The notes beneath the pieces were generated by a model, which was given only the letters and a program-made list of their open reading frames with translations, was not told the DNA's origin and made no database searches. This document shows, piece after piece, positions 1 through 11,020 of a stretch of DNA of 55,266 bases. The translations under genes and the position numbers were made by a program. Numbering within the stretch: the first letter of the stretch is position 1; each line of letters starts with the position of its first letter. Source of the stretch: Paraspadella gotoi (lineage: Eukaryota > Animalia > Chaetognatha); contig CM119270.1 of assembly GCA_051294375.1 (NCBI GenBank), forward strand, positions 576,721 through 631,986. Reading direction: 5' to 3'.

Positions 1-686
1 ATTTCATTTTATATCATTTCATTTTATATCATTTCATTTTGTACAGTCTCAGTCAAGTTTCATTTCATCATATTTTTCTTTTCATTTCAGCTTAATGTTT
101 TTTTTTATTTTACGTACAAATATTATTTTTCATTACGTCTTTTATATACTTTACTTTTCATTTTCAACTTATTCCACCCTAATGAACTCATATTGTCATT
201 CATTGCCCCATTCTGTCATCCATTCGTGTCATCAATCTGTCAACAACATTGTCATCTAGCCTTACCCAAACGTCCGTTTTGATCAAAATGAAAAAGCTTT
301 TTCTTAGTTATGCTAAACCTCCGTTTAAGTATATAACTAATTTCCTATTGCGCTGATAAAATTTTATCACGTCGAAGTTTCTGATTAATAAATAAACATT
401 TTTACAGAAGATAGACCGACTGAAAAAAATAGGCATCTTATTGAGTCGCCGTCGAGAGTCTCGTTTTAAGCTTCGACTTAAAAATTCGTTTTCAGCCCAA
501 ATTCGGCTTCCGATTAACAACTCCACTTCATGGTCTCGCTTTTCACTCCCTCTCAATCTCTCTCTCTCCCTCTGCCTCTTTCTCTATCTCTCTCTCTCCC
601 TCTGCCTTTCTCTCTCTCCCTATTCCGCGCTATATCCCTCTCTCTCTACCTCTTTCTGTCTNNNNNNNNNNNNNNNNNNNNNNNNN

Positions 687-1300
687 AAGAAGAGAGAGAT
701 AGAAGACTCTGCTGCATCTGACGGCATCTAGTTATACGTAGGCCTTACATGCGCAGTGGGGCCAAACGTCCGTTCTATGAATGGTACAAATATGAGCTTT
801 TTCTATGTAGATGTATATTTGCTAACCTAGAACTCTTCTTATGCGCCTCTAAGTTAATTTATTCCACTACTATATTGCGTATCTCTCGCCTGATTTGCTG
901 ATAAAATTGTTATCACGACTTCTTGCTGAAAGTTTCTTAAGTATAAATCATAATTATTATATTTATTTCGGCATAGTCATATATATTTCCTAACAGAAGA
1001 TATAAGAGCGGCTGACTGTATAGCTATTCATCTTTAATATGATGATTAACTGCGCGTTCGAGAGTCTTCGTTTATGGACAGGCTTCGTTATCATATACCT
1101 TATATATTCCGTTTGAGCTATATTTAAGACACGGCGTGTTCCTTCGACATATACTCAGACTGTCTTCTTATATTTCAGAAAACTTCATATATATCAGGAT
1201 TCTGCAAACGTTATATATCAACATTCCCTCTCAAATATTTCTGTTGACCAATGTTTCTCTCAATCTAACCCCATAACCTAAATGCCTAAATTCACTTTTT
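687..1300 (+). other. Insertion-riddled duplicate of ~245-560 (probable raw long-read gap fill)
   Basis: Collinear shared words (ccaaacgtccgtt, gctgataaaatt, ttatcacg, acagaagata, cgagagtc) separated by scattered inserted bases, directly after a 25-N gap. Confidence 0.75.
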
Positions 1301-2324
1301 TCTCTTTTATTCTAGTAGGTCTCTACTCGCTCATCTCTAAACGCCCATAGCTGAAAACGGGCACCTCTTTCATACACTCACGCGCATTAATTGCAGACCG
1401 CGGTATAAGAGTGTTACGGAGCTGACCTTCTCTTGTAAAATCATCTGCTAACTTGGGCTTGCCCCATAAAATGGACAATTACCAAGATCTGTTGCTTGAT
1501 AATTCTGTATGTGGAGCTGGGGACAAGTCACGTACTCAGGTCTCAAGTTGCTTTATCATGGTCATTGTCGGTACACATTCTAGATATACGCTATCTTATT
1601 CTAAATGCCTAATATTAGATAGCCAAAGGGCTGCTGGTCAATAGATATAGCTTCGTCTCGAGTTCGAACTCTCAGGCGCCGACTCCTCCGCTCCGTCTTA
1701 TTGTTGTTGACATCCTTGTCATATCCTCGGACGTTTATTCTCTAGATACAGCCGTCGTTCGCGCATCTGCTCTATACGTGGCAGATTCGCGACTATATCA
1801 TGGTACTTCACATTTTGTTGGTTCCCTGTCTCTCCGGTCCCATACTTCACAGTTTCAGATTTATATTCATCATCGTTTCGCCTCGATGCACTTACATTAT
1901 CTGAGGTATGATCTTCCGGATGCTAGTAAGAGGACATATTTTGTAAGGTAAGAAGGCGCACGTCTCAATATTTATGCATGAAAATATATTAGTCAGTTTT
2001 TTGTTTTCTGGTAATATATATTTCGCGATGCTTTGTTAAAATATATCAGGGTGTTTACAAATAGTATTGTAAATCAATTAACTACAAGCCACTTCGCTGA
2101 TGACTCATTCTATTAGATGTCACACTTCCGATTCTTGAATTACCGCCCGTAAAACCTATAATAGTCCTTTATAAACACAAAGTCGCTGATAATGGCGTAG
2201 GCTTGAATTGCACGGAGCATTGTTTTCTTTGTTCAGCTACCTAAATGTTCTGCTCCTGCAATGGCAGGGACTGCGTCACACACACTTTATTTTGTTATTT
2301 TCGATTTTTTTTAGTCGTATACAG

Positions 2325-2924
2325 GCAACTAATAAGTGTGGTAAAGCAGGCGGACTCAACTGGTAGGTTTGATCGCTATCATTGGTAAGCCGGGCTATCC
2401 CTGAGATAAAATCATGTTTTCATAGGATAGTTGTCTCTAAGAAAGACAAGGAGATAAGCGTTAAGTTCATTGGAGCTTGAAGTTTTGGTATACAGCGTGC
2501 TACTCCGGAAGTAAAAGTTGAGTTAATCGAATCGAGACCGAACCTAATTGAAAAAATTAAACAGTCTCCCAAAGTAAGTCTTCATTCTTAAGAGAATAAT
2601 ACCGTAAAAAGGAGTTGACAAATTGAATCACATTTATAATTTTATTTGGGGTCAGCCGGATGCAAATAACTCACCTGGAAGCAAACTTTCAACACATAGC
2701 ATTTCATACATATCAGCATCAGCAAGTTTTTGCTCTGCTCAGACGTGATTCGGGTTTTTTAAAGTGATAGTTAAAAACAAAATTTGGAACAAAAGAGACA
2801 TGCAAGCTAAATTTGGGCTCTGTCTGAAAACCTTCGCGAAGATTACTGAATTCACATAAAGAATGTTGGTTGTTGGGCGTAGGGAAGGTTCAACCAGCGC
2901 TCTTCTATTGTGTAATGTAGCACG
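2325..2924 (+). pseudogene. Three candidate exons (2325-2384, 2426-2573, 2656-2924) resembling a type-1 periplasmic-binding (ANF_receptor / iGluR amino-terminal) domain; disrupted as assembled
   Basis: Canonical splice sites with compatible phases (TG|gtaagc...catag|G; AAA|gtaagt...gtcag|). The translation QLISVVKQADSTGRFDRYHWIVVSKKDKEISVKFIGA*SFGIQR...SDVIRVF...NVGCW resembles, by eye, the iGluR ATD motifs KQA..G....YHYI, GANVSGFQ, YDAV.V and KIGYW. There is an in-frame TGA at 2478-2480 and frameshifts in exon 3, so this is either a pseudogene or base-call error. Confidence 0.45.
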
Positions 2925-5606
2925 GTAACACACTTTTAAATGTTAGGCCAATGTGACTAAAAATAGAGCCGGTTAAGTTTGATATACTATTCACTCGAGC
3001 ATCTAGACACAATTTTGAATCCGACAAAAGTTTTAATTAGATAACCAGATCTGAGTATCTATTCTGTTCGTTATATTTGCCAAGGCTCTATTTTACAACT
3101 AAAAAAGTTTTATTTAAAAAAAAAACATTTTTGTGCCCGAGCCATGGGGTGTTGAAGAGTCAAAATACTTTGGAAATTCACGTCATTTTTTACAGTTATT
3201 ATTTTAGGCTTTTTTCTAGTCTCACTTTTTTTTTAACTATATCAATCTTTAAATCATAGTTCAATTACCTCTTCTGATAATTCGATTTTAATTTATCTCT
3301 ATTTAACTGTTTTTTAACGCTATTTCATCTAAAAAAAAATTATTAGTTTTTTAGCCTCTAAAGCCTAAGGGGCTGTTGAAGAGGCTAAATATTGCTCTAT
3401 CTAGATAAACTTTTTTTTTTCAAAGTATTTATGGCTATAATTATACAGTTTAATTATTTATTTATTTTTAAAGATATAGCGCGGTATTTTAATAAGTGGT
3501 AATGAACTAATATTTGAGTATCTTTCAAAATGGCATTGGAGGCGACTTACCGACAGGCTTTCTAAGTTAATCTATATTTAAATTTAACTAATGTTATTTT
3601 AAAAAGGCTGAAAAACGCCCTCGCAAAAGCTTACTATGATCCAAAGCAATATTAATTTTATTTTTAATGCAGCAAAATACATAATTGTTATAGATAAAAT
3701 TATTGTAAAATAGATATGTCGGATATTACTATAAAAAAAATTGTTTACCTTTATTCTATATAAATTATAAATTATATTTATAGTTATTAAATAATAAATA
3801 TAATTTTATTTTAAAAAATAATTTAAAAAATGATATCTTAAATATAGCAATTTTGTACCGCGATAAGCGAGTAATATGTTTGGTTTAGACTCTAACTACT
3901 AGCAATATATTTTGTTTATCTAAAGCTAAAATAATTTTTCTTTATATATAGCAATAATTTTTAAAAAAATGAATTATATTGTATTTTTATTTTTTTTCAT
4001 GTAAATAATTGTTTAAGCGAAGGTTTTTGTTTTTCTCACATTAAATCTAAAAACAACAAGGAAATAGAAAATGGTTATGGTTTCTAAAAGATTCATTAAA
4101 AAATAACTACGCTCTATATAGTCGCCGATTCATACTATTTTAAATTCAATTCATAATTCATATATATTAATTTAGGCTTGATTAGTAAATTATTAAGCAA
4201 GTTTAAATTATAAACATTGTATTGAACTTGTTATCTGCATTTTTAAGATCTATAAAAAAAAATTTATATTAAGGCAAAAATATTTATATGTAAATTTGTA
4301 TAACAAATTTTATTTTTTATCGTTGTTCAACAAAATTCATTAATTGTTACTTTGCTAATTGCTTCTAAGACAACAAAAAGAAATATATTGCAAATCAATG
4401 AAATACTGTTAACAAATATTTTTTTAATAAAAAAGTTTTTCTAAATACTGAAAATTAAAATTTTTAATTATATAAATCGAATTTCTTACTCCTAGCATCC
4501 GGGAGACGTAAGTCACGCTCCGGTCTAGCCCTAGACTCCGCTTACGCGTCAAGGCTCAAGCATGCGAACCTTGAACTATATCATTTCGGCCTTTAAAAAC
4601 TTTCTCACCATCTGTAACTTTTCGCAGTTATGAGGGAATATTCTAGCAACAACCTTCGTTGATACAATAATGCTCCACTTTTACTTATTCAACCGCGAAT
4701 TACATTACCGTTTCAAACGTTTAAATTACTAAACACGCATAACGCCCTTAATCGCTAATTTTGCTAAATTGCCATATCAAGTACACATTTAGTTCTCAGT
4801 TCTCATTAAAAAATTATTATTTTCCTATGGCGATATTCGGGGGCATAAATATATGGATATAGGTGGATATCATTTGAAATTAATTCATAATCTTTGTTGC
4901 TTTACAGCAATTATCATTTTATATGGCATTAAAAAATTTTATGAATTGGCGCTTTGTTTTTAAAATAATCTTAAAAAAAAAAACGTTTTTAGAAATAAGG
5001 TCACAATATTTTTTAATGGCTTTTAAATTTAAACTTATACAAAAAATTAATTAACTATTTTAATTAAGCTTAAAAATACTAGTTTAAAATTTTCAAATAT
5101 TTCTTTTATATATCATTGATTAATAATACTGGTTAATCCTTAAAAAATAAGTCTCTATCCGTTCCCTCCTTCTCTCTCTCTCTCTCTCTCTCTCTCTGCT
5201 TTTTGACATTGCTCCTCGCGGGGTCAGGGACTGTTAAGAGTAAAGGAAGAAAAGTAGACCTTATTTTCCCAGAACTCCCCATTTTATATAAAATTAGGAA
5301 ATAAGTTTAATTTTTAGTTAAACATTTAAGTTTTAGTTAAGTTTTAAGCCTCCAAGCCCAATGTTGTAGAAAATGGGGCACTATCGGAAAAGAGACTCCA
5401 TTTTTTTTATTATATGCATTTTTCTTTTTATCAAAATTAAAATTTGAATAATTTACATCAATTTAAAATATTTTTCTATATAATATTTCTTAATAAAGCT
5501 TATGTTAAAATATAAAATTTAATATAAAAATTTAAAAAGTGAAAAACTAGAAGTCATTTAATTAATTAATTAATTAATTAATTTCATGGCATGTGTTAAT
5601 TTTAAG

Positions 5607-5689
5607 CTAATCTTCTACGTTACAATGGCATAGTCTCATATAAAAAAAAATATGTCCCACGCTGGGATAGTCAAATTCACAAATCCTTG
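5607..5689 (+). pseudogene. Candidate further exon of the iGluR-like gene (start of S1 ligand-binding segment)
   Basis: Bounded by ttttaag| and |gtatgt. With one indel it reads ANLLRYNGIVSYKKKYVHAGIVKFTNPW, and its phase-2 end joins the exon at 7722. Confidence 0.3.
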
Positions 5690-6083
5690 GTATGTAGAAT
5701 TTCAATATTGAGGTTAGTCTCCAAGTTTTGATTTTTCTAAACAAAGAAGCGAGTTTGTTGTTTAAATTTATTTTTTCCAGGTTTTCCAATTTTAAAATTA
5801 ATAATGTTCAGAAATGTTAGTTTTCGACAAATAAAATCAGAAAAATAATTACTCGAAATGACCAAAAAAGTAAACGCGACTCTAACTCTATTTTCAGAAC
5901 CCCCCCCCCAAAAAAAAAATTTTCATTTTTTCTCATTATGATTTTTTTTTCTAAAAACGTTTATTGATTTTGTAATTTTTGTTTTCCAACAAACAACATA
6001 TTTCAAAATTGGACTAATCGTATTAATTCGTTAAGTAATACCGTTAACCGTTAACTATTAACCCATTAACCATCAATTAACTA

Positions 6084-6491
6084 TCAAAACTTTTTTCCTG
6101 CGAAAACGACGACGACGCTGACGACGAAGTGGACGACGCCGGCGCGACAGACAAAACCGCCGCATCTACCGCCATAAATTTTTATGCACAATTTACAATC
6201 GTTGATGCAAGTTGACATCTTTTCGCCTAGAAAAAGTTTTATCATATACCATTATGATAATAAAAATAATAGTAATAATAATAATAATAAAAATAATAAT
6301 AAAAGTTTACCGTGCAAATTCATTTGGCAGCAACCAGCTTTATTAATTCTTCCTCTTGTATCTTTAGGTTTTATTAATTTGCAAAAATAATTTGAGTAGC
6401 AATTTTGCTGTGTCTCACGCGCTAACTTTTCATCGGAAGAGACAAAAAATATGGAGAGTAGAATTGCAACAACAAAACTTAAAAGTTTCAT
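6084..6491 (-). CDS. Small cysteine-rich secreted/GPI- or tail-anchored protein, paralogue A (exons 6491-6311 and 6226-6084; 107 aa)
   Basis: ATG at 6491. Phase-1 GT-AG intron 6310-6227 (CAC G|gtaaac ... tttttctag|GC). The spliced CDS is 324 nt and in frame to TGA at 6086-6084: MKLLSFVVAILLSIFFVSSDEKLARETQQNCYSNYFCKLIKPKDTRGRINKAGCCQMNLHGEKMSTCINDCKLCIKIYGGRCGGFVCRAGVVHFVVSVVVVFAGKKF. It has a hydrophobic N-terminus, a hydrophobic C-tail and AATAAA ~120 nt downstream, and is clearly paralogous to 7501-8231. Confidence 0.88.
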
Positions 6492-7210
6492 TTTTTAGTT
6501 TTGTTTTTGTTTGTTTTTGTTTTTTAGAAATAAATTTTTTATTAGATTTGTGTTTTTTTTTCTTACTTTTAGTCGTTTTTTTTAAGCGAAAAAAGTAGAT
6601 TTGTTTAATGGTCCAATTTAGCAATTATTGTAAAAAAAAATATTTACGTTATTTTACAATACAGTGGTATTGTATTATTAGATCAAGCGTCTTATGATAT
6701 GTGTTAAGACATATGTAATTTCATATGTTATAAGAGGAGTCGACGTCTTGCTTAGAATTCGAAGAATATTTTTTTTTAAATTTACATATTTGTTCAAAAT
6801 TTGACTAACAAACTTCAAAACAAACTTCAAAATTGCCCCTTAGTAAAAATTGAAGGAAAAACTAGATTCAGATTTCGTTGAGTGCGAGCAGCTCGCATTT
6901 TTTTCTCTTAGTAATATATAAACTTTTTTATATCAAAGGAGCCAGGCTAAATAAACTACTCCTCTCGGGAGAATCTTTTCAACTTGATGTTTCCATAGAA
7001 ATCAAAAGGATTTTTTACTTTTAAAACTTTAGAAACATGATTCAGAAATGATGGTGTTTAAGAAAAGACTTAATGATTAGAGATCTGATAGCCCTGTGTT
7101 TGAAGAGCTCCTTTTTTTTCTTCATATTTTATTCCATCATTTTGATAATAAACGTCTAAGGTAAACCAGATGGGTACATTTCGACTGAATATAATCTTTG
7201 GCTAAAAAAG

Positions 7211-7266
<56 letters not shown>

Positions 7267-7500
7267 AAAAAAATACCCCCAAAAAAAGTAAGTTTGATTT
7301 TATTTTACAAAATCTTACCAATGTAAGCCTACATCTTCAAAAACTTTCCAAATCAGCGAATTTTTTACAACTTTATTTAAAATCTTGGACTTTTTTTCAG
7401 AAAACCATTACCAGTTTTTAACCATTATTAACCATAAACCAATAACTATTAACCATCCCGCCCTCTTTTTCGATTTCCCTTTTTTTTCTCGGCGACGAAT

Positions 7501-8231
7501 TCACTGCCTCTCGGACAAAACGCCGACGACGACGACGACGACGACGATGACGACGAAGTTAACGATGCCGACGCGAGGCACAGTGGCTCCGCATAGACCG
7601 TGTAAATCGTCGATGCACTTTTGACAATCTTTAATGCATTTTTGTAGGACTCCGCCTTTAAATAATATCATATTATTACAAAATAGTACAATTTTGTTTT
7701 ATTTACGAGGATGATCGTTAGGCCATTTTATTCAAAAGCGCCACCTTTCACTTGGATTTTGGAATTAAGTTATTGGGGGCATTTGGAATAGAGAGCCGAT
7801 CGGTCGATCTTTTTATACATTAAGGGAACGAATACAATGAAATTAAAACCGTATGGTGCATAAAGAAGGTTTAATTCAATAATCTTTTTTTTTTTAATAA
7901 AATGTGTATGGACGGAAAAACAGACGGACATATATGCTTCTGATTGAGTGGTGTCTCGTCATGTCTAAAATATTATTTATTAAAATAAAACTATTTAAAC
8001 TTATGAACTAATCAATCATTTGATTTATAACCAACCGTCCGCCAGATTGACGAAACAACATCCGCCATCCAATCTCGTTTTGCCGTCCTCTGCAAGAGGC
8101 CTCGTCTTTCTGCAAAAAGAATTCGATCTGCAATTGTCTGCCGTTTGTTTTCCACCAACGCAGAGGCCCAACAGCAGCAAAAATACGAAGAGGCCAAGAG
8201 GCCAAGAGGCCAATGAGACGAGAGGCCTCAT
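7501..8231 (-). CDS. Small cysteine-rich secreted/GPI- or tail-anchored protein, paralogue B (exons 8231-8036 and 7655-7501; 116 aa)
   Basis: ATG at 8231. Phase-1 intron 8035-7656 at the same position as in paralogue A (GAC G|gttggt ... ttatttaaag|GC). The spliced CDS is 351 nt to TGA at 7503-7501: MRPLVSLASWPLGLFVFLLLLGLCVGGKQTADNCRSNSFCRKTRPLAEDGKTRLDGGCCFVNLADGGVLQKCIKDCQKCIDDLHGLCGATVPRVGIVNFVVIVVVVVVVGVLSERQ. AATAAA at 7377-7372. Confidence 0.85.
7722..7868 (+). pseudogene. Candidate iGluR S1-like exon lying inside the intron of paralogue B
   Basis: cgttag|G CCA TTT TAT. It reads (W)PFYSKAPPFT, then with indel correction GFGIKLLGHLE...KPYGA, resembling iGluR PFV...GFCIDLL...KYGA. Contains stops and indels. 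Confidence 0.33.
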
Positions 8232-8919
8232 GTTTTTTATTTTCTTTTAATTTTGACGGAAAAAAACCGTAAGAGTAATGAATTGGGTTTAAAACGTTTT
8301 CTATGAGATCGAACTAGCGGGGGGAGAGAGAGAGAGAGAGAGAGAAGGAAGGAAAAAGAAGAAAAAAAAAAGAAAAAAAAGGAAAAGAGAGAGAGAGGAG
8401 AGAGAGAGAGAGAGACACTTTACTATTCTCTCTGGACCAATCATAGAGCAGATGAGAGAACAAACTTTTCAATCTACAATTTACCCTCAATAAACTAATA
8501 TCAAAATATTTTAATCAGTTATTTTTCAACAAGATAATCTTTATCTTCTTTTGTATTTTATATTTCTCTGCGAAAAAGATTGCCAAGTATAATTTAAAAA
8601 AATTGGGTTACTTTCGAAATAAAGTCACAATCATGTAACCAATGATGTCATTTCATGTCATTTCTCTAATCTCCGTTTGCATTTAGTCAGGACCGTTAAT
8701 CAAATGAATGGCAAGAAATGAGAGAAAAGAGATCGACTCTCCATGAGGAGAACCTTCTCTCTATTCCCCATGGAGAAATGCTGAACTTAACTGATCCCCT
8801 GTACCCATGGGGAAGGACGAGGGATACGAATCCCCGGGGATCACTTATTCACTTTCCTTCCCCTTTCATTTCTATTTTTCTTTCTATATTCTTTTCTTTG
8901 TGACTTTTTTGAGTTACTT

Positions 8920-9003
8920 TTCTTTGTTACTTTTCTTTGTTACTTTTCTTTGTTACTTTTCTTTGCTACTTTTCTTTGTTAGTTTTCTTTGTTATATTTT
9001 CTT
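8920..9003. repeat. 13-bp tandem repeat (TTACTTTTCTTTG), about 6 copies
   Basis: Visible directly in the sequence. Confidence 0.85.
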
Positions 9004-9079
9004 TAACACATATTTTGCCTTCCATGGCAATTTGAAAAAAGGTCTTGGAGAAAGAGGTTGAGATAAAAACTCTGTCTAT

Positions 9080-9922
9080 GACTCCCTCTCCCCTATCTCT
9101 CCTTAACTACCTCTCCCCCTCTCTCTCTTTCCCTCCGTTAGCTCCCCTCTCATTCCTTTCATCTCTCCCTTCTCTCTCTCTCCCTTCTCTCCCTTTCCCT
9201 CCCGCTTCCCCTCTTCTCTCGTCTCTCCTCTCCTTCTCTCTCCTCTCTCCCTTCCCTCCCTCCCCTCTCTCTTCTCTCTCTCTCCTTCTCTCTCTCTCCC
9301 TCTCCTCCTTTCCTCCTCCGCTCCCTCTCTCTCTCTCTCTCTCTCCTTCTCTCTCCCTCTCTCTCCCCTTTCCCTCCGCTCCCCTCTCTCTCTCTCCTTC
9401 TCCCTTCTCTCTCCCTCTCTCTCCCTTTCCCTCCCGCTCCCTCTCTCTCTCTCTCTCTCTCCCTTCTTCTCCTCTCTCTCCCTTTCCCTCCCGCTCCTCT
9501 CTCTTCTCTCTCTCTCCCTTCTCTCCTCCCTCTCTCTCCCTTTCCCTCCCGCTCCCCCTCTCTCTCTCCTCTCTCCTTCTCTCTCTCTCCCTCTCTCTTC
9601 CCTCTTCCTCGCTCCCTCTCTTTTCCTCTCTCTCTCCTTCTCTCTCTCTCCCCTCTCCTCTCTTCCCTCCCGCCTCCCCTCTCTCTTCTCTCTTCCTCCC
9701 TTCTCTCTCTCTCCCTCCTCTCTCCCTTTCCCTCCCGCTCCCCTCTCTCTTCCTCTCTCTCTCTCCCTTCTCTCTCTCTCCCTTCTCTCTCTCTCCCTTC
9801 TCTCTCTCTCCCCCTCTCTCTCTTTCCTCCCGCTCCCCTCTCTCTCCTCTCTCTTTCTCTCTCTCTCTTCCCTCTCTCTCCCTTTCCCTCCCGCTCCCCT
9901 CTCTCTCTCTCTCTCTCTTTTC
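9080..9922. repeat. Polypyrimidine compound minisatellite (CCCTTTCCCTCCCGCTCCCC motif within (CT)n)
   Basis: Almost purely C/T for ~840 bp with a recurring motif. This explains the spurious ORFs at 9045-9971, 9103-9924 and 9107-9937. Confidence 0.9.
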
Positions 9923-10001
9923 ACTTAACCCAAACAAAAGCGCAAGTCAACTTCAGTCGTCGCCATCATAACCGCGTCTCATATCTCCGCTCTCTCTCTT
10001 G

Positions 10002-10060
<59 letters not shown>

Positions 10061-10399
10061 CTCGTCCTCTTCTCTCTAGATCACGATAAAAAAGGCGCGT
10101 ATTTATGTCGACATTCACGTTCGTCGTAAAGAAGATTCCTCGAGGACGAAAGGCTGACGAAGGAGAGCCTATTTAGCTACTATTTATGTTTATGTATATT
10201 TATATTAATATTTTTATCTCTATGTGTACTAATTACATGTTTTTATAACAAATAACATCCCATTTCTAAAATACCTGTTAAATAATGTGAGTTTTTTACA
10301 TAAGTAAATCTAACATCTTATATTTAATAAATATAATAAATAAAATAATAAAAATATAATAATATTATAATATTTAATTGTAATATGAACATAATATAT

Positions 10400-10474
10400 A
10401 TGAAATTGGTAAAACCAATACAAAAAATTATCCATTCATTTAATAAATAAGCTATCTTGCCCCTGACATTGGAC
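10400..10474 (-). mobile_element. Short copy of an interspersed repeat (probable 3' end of a SINE/LINE)
   Basis: Reverse complement of ~45275-45348 (tcaggggcaagatagctt...aaatgaatg...ccaatttcat). Confidence 0.7.
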
Positions 10475-10960
10475 TTTCTTTATATAGGCTTAATATAATA
10501 TAAATTATTAAATATATTTGCTTTTGGTGGCTTAATACTCCTGCGATCATATATATATTTTCACAAATGAAAAATAATAAAAAGTGAAAAGATGAAATGT
10601 GGCTGTGACCGAAGATGTGAAGTGAAAAATGACGAGTTCGGCGTGGAAAAGTTGCAAAGTGAATCGTGAGTGAACTGAGTCTATCCACCACAGCGGGTCA
10701 GCAAGACCGCAACGCGGCTCTCTGAAAGTTGACTCTTTTAGTGTGTGTGTGCTGTGTGTGGTCGTGTGGAGAGCAGAGAGAGAGAGCAAGAGAGAGAGAG
10801 AGAGGAGGAGAAGAGACTAGCGAAAGAAGGTAGAGAGAGGAGAGAGGACGGGGGGATCACAGAAGCAAAGATCAATTTTTTTCTTTTTTTTTGAAAACTT
10901 TTCTTTATCGTCGCTGTGGTTGTTGTTCTGTATTTGTGAACATCCAATTGTGCCTTTTCT

Positions 10961-11020
<60 letters not shown>

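Noticed and set aside
6105-6390. Plus-strand acidic reading DDDADDEVDDA and its counterpart at ~7520-7580
   Set aside because: This is the antisense of the poly-Val tails; the minus-strand spliced models explain the conservation.
6881-6912. Helitron 3' end (TGCGAG-CAG-CTCGCA hairpin then CTTAG)
   Set aside because: The terminus is not CTRR and no 5' end or second copy is visible.
9045-9971. 270-308 aa ORFs on both strands
   Set aside because: These are translations of a C/T-only repeat with no coding signal.
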